Shown here piece after piece: positions 33,431 through 42,609 of a DNA stretch of 50,564 nt. The stretch comes from Cytophagales bacterium (GTDB taxonomy: Bacteria; Bacteroidota; Bacteroidia; Cytophagales; Microscillaceae), in NCBI GenBank assembly GCA_013298075.1, contig JAAFJG010000030.1, positions 1 through 50,564 on the forward strand, in the 5' to 3' direction. A model generated the notes under the pieces. It had not been told where the DNA came from. It saw nothing but the letters and a program-made list of their open reading frames with translations, and made no database searches. Every line of letters begins with the position of its first letter. Within the stretch, counting starts at the first letter, position 1. The translations under genes were made by a program, and so were the position numbers.

Positions 33431-33775
33431 TTTTTTTTGGAGATTGTCAAGTTTGTGATATTGATGACTCCGAAAAAAAACTACAAATAAAACAAATTCC
33501 TTTATTTCTTTTATCAGTTTTTTATTTCGATGTCAATCTCCGAAATAAAAAACTTATCCCAACAAAAACTTACAACAACAAATCGTTTTTCTAACAAACG
33601 CCGTTTTTTCAGATTGTCAAGTCTTCGACATTGACAACTGAAAAAACTACAAATAAAACAAATTTCTTTTTTATTTTTTTTATCAGTTTTTTATTTCGGA
33701 GTTGTCAATGTGCGAAGCACTTGACAATCTCGGTTTCCACAACAATCTCGATTTCCACAACAATCTCGGTTTTAT
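33431..33775. repeat. Compound repeat region: two ~170-bp units, each bounded by inverted copies of the TTGTCAAG...TTGACAA palindromic element, plus three tandem copies of 'tttccacaacaatctcg'
   Basis: 33439..33471 'ggagattgtcaagtttgtgatattgatgactcc'; 33610..33640 'cagattgtcaagtcttcgacattgacaactg'; 33697..33733 the inverted copy. The internal segments 'aaaaactacaaataaaacaaatt' and 'tatcagttttttatttcg' are repeated. Direct repeats at 33734..33769. Confidence 0.6.
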
Positions 33776-33806
33776 CTTTGATTTTTTCAAACCAAAAATT
33801 ATATTC

Positions 33807-34553
33807 CTAACTAATTCCCAACGAATCACAGGCTTTTTGTGCGGCTGACTGTTCTGCTTTTTTCTTATTCAATCCGTGTCCGATGGTGTATGGTTCGTCG
33901 TTGATAAAAATTTGTGCGGTAAATTCTTTGAGGTGTTTTGTGCCTGATTCTTTGATGATTTCAAATCGTAGTATTTTTCCTTCTTTTTGCGCCCATTCAA
34001 TAATGGCACTTTTGAAATTTTTATTATTCGCAATTACCTCGTCCAAATCATAATGTTGATTGAGCAATTTTTTGACGATAAAATTTTTACAAAAAATAAA
34101 ACCTCTATCCAAATAAACCGCTCCTACAAATGCCTCCAACGCATCACCGCTCATAGAACGATTGGCGATATTGATGTGTTTGTTAGATGGATTAAGTGTG
34201 TAAGAAATAATTTCTGTCAATCCTATTTTTTGTGCCAATCTATTTAAGGCTTCTCGATTGACAATTCTTGACCTGATTTCTGTTAAAAAACCTTCGTCTT
34301 CGAAAGGGAATTTTCTAAATAAATGTTCGGCAACTACTGCTCCTAAAACAGCATCACCTAAATATTCTAATCTTTCGTTTGATTCTTTTTGTCCGTTGAT
34401 TTGATTGAGTGATAAAGCAGAGGTATGTTTGAGGGCGAGCTTATACACTTCGATATTTTGAGGAGCGTTTCCCGTAATTTTTCGAATTGCCTCTATGATT
34501 TTTTTATCTTCTTCTGAAAGTTTTTTAAATAAATTAAAAAAACTTGTAAACAT
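33807..34553 (-). CDS. rnc: Ribonuclease III
   Basis: RNase III signature 'ERLEYLGDAVLG', plus a C-terminal dsRBD (KHLKEFTAQIFINDEPYTIGHGLNKKKAEQSAAQKA). Confidence 0.9.
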   Translation of the reverse strand: MFTSFFNLFKKLSEEDKKIIEAIRKITGNAPQNIEVYKLALKHTSALSLNQINGQKESNERLEYLGDAVLGAVVAEHLFRKFPFEDEGFLTEIRSRIVNREALNRLAQKIGLTEIISYTLNPSNKHINIANRSMSGDALEAFVGAVYLDRGFIFCKNFIVKKLLNQHYDLDEVIANNKNFKSAIIEWAQKEGKILRFEIIKESGTKHLKEFTAQIFINDEPYTIGHGLNKKKAEQSAAQKACDSLGIS

Positions 34554-34704
34554 TATTAAATAAAATTAAGAATTAAGATTTTTGAACACACAAATATATC
34601 ATAAAAAATATATACAAAATACAAAAAAATATTTTACTTGATTAAAAATAAAAGAATTAGAAAATATATTTACATTCAAAAATATTTTCTAATTCTTCTA
34701 AAAT

Positions 34705-35973
34705 TTATTCGTCGTATCTTTTAAAAATCACAGATGAATTATGTCCGCCAAAGCCAAAGCCATTGCTCATAACAAAATCAATTTTTCGTGATTGTGCTTT
34801 ATTAAATGTAAAATTTAATCTCGAATCAAACGCTTCATCATCAGTAAAATGATTGATAGTTGGTGGAACCATTTGACTTTCGATGGCTAAAATACTCGCC
34901 ACTGCCTCCACTGCACTTGCTGCTCCCAATAAATGTCCTGTCATTGATTTGGTAGAACTAATATTGAGTTTATAGGCATGCTCACCGAATATATCTTGAA
35001 TGGCTTTTACTTCCTGTGGGTCACCAATCGGAGTAGAAGTTCCATGCACATTGATATAGTCAATCATTTCAGGAGTAACTCCAGAATCTTCAAAAGCAGC
35101 TTTGATAGCCAAACTTACGCCTAAACCTTCAGGGTGTGGGGCGCTAATATGATAAGCATCAGAAGAAAGTCCACCGCCCACAATTTCAGCATAAATTTTT
35201 GCTCCCCTTGCTTTTGCGTGTTCGTATTCTTCTAAAATTAAACAAGCTGCCCCTTCGCCTAATACAAATCCATCTCTTTCTTTGTCAAAAGGACGCGAGG
35301 CAGTTGCGGGGTCATCATTGCGTTCAGACATTGCCCTCATTACACTAAAACCACCTACGCCTGCTTTTGTAACGGCTGCTTCAGAACCGCCTGTAACAAC
35401 TACATTTACTTTTCCTAATCTTAGATAATTAAAAGCATCAATAAAAGCATTGTTAGCAGAGGCACAAGCCGATACGGTGGCATAACTCATTCCTCTAAAT
35501 CCATTTCGGATAGAAATATAACCACAAGCCATATTTGCAATCATTTTTGGAATAAAGAAAGGATTATAACGAGGTGTATGATCATTTTTTAGATTGACAG
35601 AGGTTGTATAATAAGCCACTTCGTCCTCAAAAGTTTTTAAACCTCCGATGCCTGAAGCCCAAATAACGCCTACTCTGTTTTTATCAATCTTTTCTAAATC
35701 AAGCCCTGCATCTTTAATTGCCTCATCAGAAGCAACTACTGCATACTGTCCATACCAATCCATACGTCTATGTTCTTTTTTATCGATAAAATCATCAACA
35801 ATAAAGTTTTTTAGTTCGCATGCAAATCGTGTTTTGAAAGCAGATGCGTCAAATTTGGTAATTGGTGCTGCACCGCTAACCCCATCGAAAAGACCTTGTT
35901 TATATTCTTGCAAAGTATTTCCGATAGGGGTAAGTGCGCCCATTCCAGTTATTACGACTCTTTTAAGATTCAT
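34705..35973 (-). CDS. fabF: 3-oxoacyl-[acyl-carrier-protein] synthase II
   Basis: 422 aa KAS II with the active-site Cys region 'SYATVSACASAN' and the His-His motifs 'INVHGTSTPIGD' and 'GHLLGAAS'. Confidence 0.95.
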   Translation of the reverse strand: MNLKRVVITGMGALTPIGNTLQEYKQGLFDGVSGAAPITKFDASAFKTRFACELKNFIVDDFIDKKEHRRMDWYGQYAVVASDEAIKDAGLDLEKIDKNRVGVIWASGIGGLKTFEDEVAYYTTSVNLKNDHTPRYNPFFIPKMIANMACGYISIRNGFRGMSYATVSACASANNAFIDAFNYLRLGKVNVVVTGGSEAAVTKAGVGGFSVMRAMSERNDDPATASRPFDKERDGFVLGEGAACLILEEYEHAKARGAKIYAEIVGGGLSSDAYHISAPHPEGLGVSLAIKAAFEDSGVTPEMIDYINVHGTSTPIGDPQEVKAIQDIFGEHAYKLNISSTKSMTGHLLGAASAVEAVASILAIESQMVPPTINHFTDDEAFDSRLNFTFNKAQSRKIDFVMSNGFGFGGHNSSVIFKRYDE

Positions 35974-36003
35974 CGTTTTAATGTACGGTGGAAAAGTGAA
36001 AAA

Positions 36004-36240
36004 TTACTTGCTATTGCTTTCCAAATACGAAATCGCGTTTCCTACGGTTTGGATATTTTCAGCTTGTTCATCAGGAATTGAAACATTAAATTCCTTTTCA
36101 AATTCCATAATCAATTCGACTTGGTCTAATGAATCAGCCCCTAAGTCATTTTGGAAGCTTGCATCTGCAGTTACTTCTGATTCTTCAACACCTAATTTGT
36201 CGATGATGATGTTTTTTACACGTTGTGCTATATCTGACAT
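36004..36240 (-). CDS. acpP: Acyl carrier protein
   Basis: 78 aa with the 4'-phosphopantetheine attachment motif '[16 protein letters not shown]'. Confidence 0.95.
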   Translation of the reverse strand: MSDIAQRVKNIIIDKLGVEESEVTADASFQNDLGADSLDQVELIMEFEKEFNVSIPDEQAENIQTVGNAISYLESNSK

Positions 36241-37280
36241 TTCTTTACAAAAAGTTTAAATTTCCTTTTAATTGAACTGCAAAAAAAACGTATCTTTTGG
36301 AATTTTCCAAAAAAAATGTTTTAAAAATAATTATTTTTTATCTAAATCATTGAAAATCAATGAAATAAATAAATAAATATTTTATTTCGATACAAAGGTA
36401 AATACTATTTGTTGTAATTCAAATATTTTAAAAGAAAAAATAAAAAAATTAAACAAAATAAATAACATGAGTACCATTTTTGATATTTTAAAAAAAGTGC
36501 TAAAAAATGTCAATCTCAGATTCTTTAAAGTATGAACTAACTTGGTGCAATGTTAATATATTAAATACACTTTTGCAAGTTTGTTGTTGGTATACTGAAT
36601 ATCCAACCGTAATATGATTGGCTAGTTAGGGTTATTTTAGTTTATGTAATTTATTTCGTCTTTTTGGGTTTAAAAATTAGTTAGACGCGAATTAGTATTT
36701 TATTATTTAAAAAGTATATTTTTAAAACCAATAAGGAGCATATTTTAGTTTTTGATGAAATGGTAGGAGAAAATCACGCAAAAAAAATTTTGGTATAGAT
36801 AATTTTTGGAGTAATCTTGATAAAAAATCCATCAGTAGTGTTTTTATTGCATCAAGGAGTTTTGTATCTATTTCTGATAAAACTTCTTTCAGATTTCAAA
36901 AAAATTAAAGAAACATAAGTTAAAAATATGTTAATACTTAATTTTTGATGTGGTTAATTTCAAAAATACTGCTAAAACATTACAGAGAAAAATACAATAA
37001 ACCTAAATTAAGCATAAGAGATTAAAAAAACATAAAAGACAACATTCGAGTATCAAAAACTATTATAAAGAACATCAAAAAGATGGTATTTATATTTTAA
37101 AGGACGATATTTTAAACAAATATATGTCAGGTGACCTGATTAACTAAGATAAAATGGCACTCACGTTAATCTAAAAAAAGTTTTTTTTATTTTTTATTTT
37201 TTTGATGCTTTCCCAGATTCTTTACAGAAAAAAAACTGCAAATTTTAAAGGAATAAGTAAAAAAAACAAATTTCAATATT

Positions 37281-38864
37281 TTACACCCAAATTGCCAAGA
37301 TATTTTTATCACCCAATTCGATATTTTCTTCTTTAAATTCTTTGTGTTGATTAAAATTAAAAATCAATAAAAAGCCTTCTTTTTTGTTGTATAAGTCTAA
37401 ATATTCGCTTAATTGTTCTAATCCTTTTTGGTGATAACTTTCGCCTCGCCAAATTTTTAATTCTAAAATATACAACGTTTTCATATAGGTTATCACAATA
37501 TCCATTCTTCTTTCTTCCTCAATCGTTGGCTCTTTGAAATCAAAACCTACACCATTTATAATCGGTCTTAAAAAAGATAAAAACAATAAACGACCTTCTC
37601 TTTCAATAAATTCCCCATCTTTTTGGTTGTAATTTTCGAGCATAAATTGTTGGAATTTACGCAAAATTTTAGGCATATCTAATGTGTTATCTATCGAAGT
37701 ATAAGAATCGGACAGCAAAAAATTAGGTCTGTATTCGTGTTTTCTAATCGCTTGTGTGGTAAAAAATAAATACATTCTTTGTTCAAAAATACGATTATTT
37801 ATTTTACAATATTCTGCATCTCTGTCAAAAATTCCATACGTATTTGCCAATTCTATCAAATAATCGTTGGCATTATTAGGTAATTTTAAACCATTAATCA
37901 CTACATCTTTTGTCAAAGCATATAAGTCTTGATTGTTTTCTATATTTTTAAATAAATCATCAAAAATGGTAGTGGTATAATTTATTTTCACTAAATATTT
38001 AAAACTATTTTCTATCTCTTCTAAAGTCCATTCTGTCTGATTTTCTTTTTCGGGTAATAAAATTTCATCAATCACTTTACACATTTTACTGACTAAAAAT
38101 GGATAACCTGACGTATAATAAAAAATACGTTCTGAGAGTTTTTGAATATCCATTTTGATATTTTTTTCTTCTGAATATTGCAACAGCATTGTCGAAATTT
38201 CTGCAGGATTGAAAAACATATTCACTTTAAAATCTACAGCAATATTCCAAGGACTATTTATTTTCTTTTCCTCATCAGGACGAAGTTTTAATTTGATGGT
38301 TTTTATATCGTGAATACCTACTAATACAACTGAATGAAAAGTTAAAAAAGGTGCTAAATTTCTATCTAAATATTTATTTCTTAATAGACCTAAAAAATGT
38401 AAAAATAATTGATTATTCGTCGATTTATCTACTTCATCAATCAAAACGACTACTTTTTTTTGAACTTTTTGTGTAAAATCAGTGATTTGTAAAGATAGTT
38501 TTGCAAAACCAACTTTATCAGTTTCAAAATTTTTATCTATAAAAATTTGTTGATTTGGATAACTAAATTTTAATCTATCATTAAATTTTCCTATAAAATG
38601 AGAAGAAAATTTATCAGCATCTTCATAAGCATCGTCATCACTAATTTCAAAACTCAATAAAATGGTTAAATAGTCATCTTTAGTTAACAACTCTTCATAC
38701 AGACGATATAAAGAGGTCGTTTTACCAAATTGACGAGGACGATTCATAATAAAATATTTTTTACGTTCAATCAACTCAAAAATATTTTCAATTTTTGGAG
38801 TAGTATCCACCATAAAATGTTCGTCTTTGATACAAACGCCTGTGTCGTTAAATTCTTTTTTCAT
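37281..38864 (-). CDS. AAA-ATPase-like (PF09820-type) + C-terminal PD-(D/E)XK nuclease (PDDEXK_9-type) protein; paralogue 1 of a tandem array
   Basis: 527 aa. N-terminal P-loop 'FIMNRPRQFGKTTSL'. C-terminal 'RRMDIVITYMKTLYILELKIW' carries the D...ExK nuclease motif. Confidence 0.75.
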   Translation of the reverse strand: MKKEFNDTGVCIKDEHFMVDTTPKIENIFELIERKKYFIMNRPRQFGKTTSLYRLYEELLTKDDYLTILLSFEISDDDAYEDADKFSSHFIGKFNDRLKFSYPNQQIFIDKNFETDKVGFAKLSLQITDFTQKVQKKVVVLIDEVDKSTNNQLFLHFLGLLRNKYLDRNLAPFLTFHSVVLVGIHDIKTIKLKLRPDEEKKINSPWNIAVDFKVNMFFNPAEISTMLLQYSEEKNIKMDIQKLSERIFYYTSGYPFLVSKMCKVIDEILLPEKENQTEWTLEEIENSFKYLVKINYTTTIFDDLFKNIENNQDLYALTKDVVINGLKLPNNANDYLIELANTYGIFDRDAEYCKINNRIFEQRMYLFFTTQAIRKHEYRPNFLLSDSYTSIDNTLDMPKILRKFQQFMLENYNQKDGEFIEREGRLLFLSFLRPIINGVGFDFKEPTIEEERRMDIVITYMKTLYILELKIWRGESYHQKGLEQLSEYLDLYNKKEGFLLIFNFNQHKEFKEENIELGDKNILAIWV

Positions 38865-39075
38865 AGTTTTAATGTTTTATTTTTTTGCAAATATATGTAT
38901 TTATTCATCAATTTCTTTGTATTTTTAGTAAAATATATAAACGAAATTCTAAGCCTAATAAGAAAGCAAGATATTGTCCTGATTGGTGTTTTTCTATTAT
39001 ATTTTTTGATACTGTCCCAAATTCTTTACAGAAAAAAACTGTAAATTTTAAAGGACTAAGTAAAAAAACAATATT

Positions 39076-40658
39076 TTACACCCAAATTGCCAAGATATTT
39101 TTATCACCCAATTCGATATTTTCTTCTTTAAATTTTTTGTGTTGATTAAAATTAAAAATCAATAAAAAGCCTTCTTTTTTGTTGTATAAGTCTAAATATT
39201 CGCTTAATTGTTCTAATCCTTTTTGGTGATAACTTTCGTCTCGCCAAACTTTTAATTCCAAAATATAAATATTAGTCGTATAAGTGATGACAATATCCAT
39301 TCTTCTTTCTTCGCCAATATTTGGATCTTTAAAATCAAAACCACGTCCATTAATAATTGGTTTTAGGAACGATAAAAAGATTAAACGTCCTTCTCTTTCG
39401 ATAAAATCAGCATCTTTTTGACTATAATTTTCTTTCATAAATTCTTGAAATTTACGCAAAATTTTAGGCATATCTAACGTGCCTTCGTAGGTGGAATATA
39501 CATCACTCGAAGCACTTAATTTATTATATTTTCCTGTTATAATCATTCCTACTAACAAATGATTGTATAATTTTTGCTCAAAAATACGATTATGAATTTT
39601 GCAATATGTTCCATCTGTATCCAACATTCCATACACTTTTGCTAAAGAAATAGTTTGGTCTGAAGTTATAAAAGGAACTTTCAAACCTGCCATTAAAATA
39701 TTGGTTAATAATTGTTTTATATCAGGATTATTATCTACATTTTTAGTCAAATCATCAAAAATAGTGGTCATATAATCATCTTTTACCAAATATTTAAAGC
39801 TATTTTCAACTTCATCTATCGTCCATTCTGTGTGATTTTCTTTTTCTGGTAATAATATTTCATCAATTACTTTGCACATTTTGCTCACCAAAAAAGGATA
39901 ACCAGATGTGTAATAAAAAATGCGTTCTGATAGCTTTTGAATATCCATTTGTACGTTTTTTTCTTGCGAATATTGTGAAAGCATTGTCGAGATTTCTGCG
40001 GGATTAAAAAACATATCTACTTTAAAATCAACGGCAATATTCCAAGGGCTATTAAATTTTTTCTCTTATCAGGACGAAGTTTTAATTTGATGGTTTTTAT
40101 ATCATGAATACCAACTAATACAACAGAGTGAAAAGTCGAAAAAGGAAATATATCTCTCTCCAAATATTTATTTCTCAATAAACCCAAAAAATGTAAAAAT
40201 AATTGATTATTCGTTGATTTATCCACTTCATCAATCAAAACAACTATTTTTTTTTCTACTTTTTGCACAAAATCAGTAATTTGCAAAGATAATTTATCAA
40301 AACCTTTTTCGATGGTTTCAAAATTAAGATTGATAAAAATTTCTTGATTTGGATAATATTGTTTTAATTTACGATTAAATACATTGACAAAATAAGCACA
40401 AAAAACATCAGCATCTTGAAAAACATCATCACCACTTCCTTCAAAACTCAATAAAATCGTCAAATAATCTTCTTTAGTTAATAATTCTTTATGCAAACGA
40501 TATAAAGCAGTCGTTTTTCCAAATTGACGAGGACGATTCATAATAAAATATTTTTCATATTCTATCAATTCAAAAATTTTATCAATTTTTGGAGTAGTAT
40601 TCACCATAAAATGTTTGTCTTTGATACAAACGCCTGTGTCGTTAAATTCTTTTCTCAT
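39076..40658 (-). pseudogene. Paralogue 2 of the AAA-ATPase/PD-(D/E)XK array, disrupted by a 1-nt deletion (frameshift near 40020..40080)
   Basis: Two adjacent ORFs (40017..40658 and 39076..40014) together cover the full paralogue. Alignment with copy 1 shows 'ctattaaattttttctcttatcagg' where copy 1 has 'ctatttattttcttttcctcatcagg', i.e. 25 nt against 26 nt. Confidence 0.7.
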
Positions 40659-40707
40659 AGTTTTAATGTTTTATTTTTTTTGCAAATATACGCATTTTTT
40701 TTACAAA

Positions 40708-42291
40708 TTACACCCAAATAGCTAAGATATTTTTATCTTTAAATTCAATATTTTCTTCTTTAAATTCTTTATGTTGATTAAAATTAAAAATCAATAAAAA
40801 GCCTTCTTTTTTGTTGTATAAGTCTAAATATTCGCTTAATTGCTCTAATCCTTTTTGGTGATATGCTTCGCCTCGCCAAATTTTTAATTCCAAAATATAT
40901 AACGCTTTCATATAGGTTATTACAATATCCATTCGTCTTTCGTCACCCACTGTTGGCTCTTTGAAATCAAAACCTACACCATTTATAATCGGTCTTAAAA
41001 AAGATAAAAACAATAAACGACCTTCTCTTTCAATAAATTCCCCATCTTTTTGGTTATAATTTTCGAGCATAAATTGTTGGAATTTACGCAAAATTTTAGG
41101 TATATCTAACGCATTGTCTATCGAAGTATAAGAATCGGACAATAAAAAATTAGGTCTATATTTGTGTTTTCTAATTGCCTGTGTGGTAAAAAATAAATAC
41201 ATTCTTTGTTCAAAAATACGATTATTGATTTTACAATATTCTGCATCTCTGTCAAAAACTCCATACGTATTTGCCAATTCTATCAAATAATCGTTGGCAT
41301 TATTAGGTAATTTTAAACCATTAATCACTACATCTTTTGTCAAAGCATATAAGTCTTGATTGTTTTCTATATTTTTAAATAAATCATCAAAAATGGTAGT
41401 GGTATAATTTATTTTTACTAAATATTTAAAACTATTTTCTACATCTGTCAAATCCCATTCTGTCTGATTTTCTTTTTCGGGTAATAATATTTCATCAATC
41501 ACTTTACACATTTTACTGACCAAAAAAGGATACCCTGACGTATAATAAAAAATACGTTCTGAGAGTTTTTGAATATCCATTTGTATATTTTTTTCTTCTG
41601 AATATTGCAATAGCATTGTCGAAATTTCGGCAGGATTAAAAAACATATTGACTTTAAAATCTACAGCAATATTCCAAGGACTATTTATTTTCTTTTCCTC
41701 ATCAGGACGAAGTTTTAATTTAATCGTTTTTATATCGTGAATACCTACTAAAACAACTGAATGAAATGTTGAGAAAGGTGCTAAATCTCTTTCTAAGTAT
41801 TTATCACGCAACATTCCCAAAAAATGTAAAAATAATTGATTATTAGTTGATTTATCTACTTCATCAATTAAAACAACTACTTCTTTTCCTACTTTTTGAA
41901 TAAATTCAGTAATTTGTGCTGATAATTTATTAAATTCTTTTTCACTTGTTTCAAAATTTTCATTAATAAAAATTTCTTGATTGGGATAATATTGTTTTAA
42001 TTTACGATTAAAAAGTGTTATAAAATAATTAGAAAAACTTTCTATGTCTTTAAAAACGTTATCGCTGCTTATTTCAAAACTCAATAAAATTGTTAAATAA
42101 TCGTCTTTAGTTAATAATTCTTTATGCAAACGATATAAAGCAGTCGTTTTTCCAAATTGACGAGGACGATTCATTATAAAATATTTTTCATATTCTATCA
42201 TCTCAAAAATTTTATCAATTTTTGGAGTAGTGTTTACCATAAAATGTCTTTTTTCTACGCAAACGCCTGTGTCGTTAAATTCTTTTTTCAT
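40708..42291 (-). CDS. AAA-ATPase-like + PD-(D/E)XK nuclease protein; paralogue 3 of the tandem array
   Basis: 527 aa, about 85-90% identical to paralogue 1 by eye. The same P-loop and D...ELK motifs are present. The upstream flank (42292..42430) repeats the 38865..39000 flank. Confidence 0.75.
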   Translation of the reverse strand: MKKEFNDTGVCVEKRHFMVNTTPKIDKIFEMIEYEKYFIMNRPRQFGKTTALYRLHKELLTKDDYLTILLSFEISSDNVFKDIESFSNYFITLFNRKLKQYYPNQEIFINENFETSEKEFNKLSAQITEFIQKVGKEVVVLIDEVDKSTNNQLFLHFLGMLRDKYLERDLAPFSTFHSVVLVGIHDIKTIKLKLRPDEEKKINSPWNIAVDFKVNMFFNPAEISTMLLQYSEEKNIQMDIQKLSERIFYYTSGYPFLVSKMCKVIDEILLPEKENQTEWDLTDVENSFKYLVKINYTTTIFDDLFKNIENNQDLYALTKDVVINGLKLPNNANDYLIELANTYGVFDRDAEYCKINNRIFEQRMYLFFTTQAIRKHKYRPNFLLSDSYTSIDNALDIPKILRKFQQFMLENYNQKDGEFIEREGRLLFLSFLRPIINGVGFDFKEPTVGDERRMDIVITYMKALYILELKIWRGEAYHQKGLEQLSEYLDLYNKKEGFLLIFNFNQHKEFKEENIEFKDKNILAIWV

Positions 42292-42609
42292 AGTTTTAAT
42301 GTTTTATTTTTTTTGCAAATATACGTATTTATTCATCAATTTCTTTGTATTTTTAGTAAAATATATAAACAAAATCCTAAGCTTAATAAGAAAGCAAGAT
42401 ATTTTCCTGATTGGGCTTTTTTATTTTTTTTAATCAAAAAAGTTGTTCAATATATTTATCTGTGATGTATTTTTTATGAAATATAAAAACAAAATTGCAA
42501 CGAATTTGGGACAAAATGAAATATTTTTTATAAAAATATAAAAATATAATAAAAAAGTCATAAAAATTTACGAATTTTGCTTTTCAATAGAAAAAATCAT
42601 TAAAAAATT

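Noticed and set aside
33431-33775. Possible CRISPR array, suggested by repeated palindromic units with intervening unique DNA
   Set aside because: The units are ~170 bp, irregularly spaced, internally repeated and partly inverted. There are no 28-37 bp direct repeats with uniform spacers and no cas genes anywhere in the window.
35648-36259. 203-aa ORF on the + strand overlapping fabF/acpP
   Set aside because: It is antisense to two strongly supported, highly conserved genes, its composition is low-complexity (Ser/Ile-rich), and it has no start context. It is a spurious shadow ORF.
38730-39145. Small + strand ORFs (104 and 86 aa) overlapping the ends of the ATPase paralogues; similar ones at 40524..40721 and 42157..42465
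   Set aside because: They are repeated only because the underlying minus-strand gene unit is repeated. They are Phe/Ile/Lys-rich AT-driven frames with no independent support.
39076-40658. Programmed ribosomal frameshift joining the two ORFs of ATPase paralogue 2
   Set aside because: The break corresponds to a simple 1-nt deletion relative to paralogues 1 and 3 in a T/C-rich run, with no slippery-heptamer-plus-structure context. Pseudogenisation is the simpler explanation.
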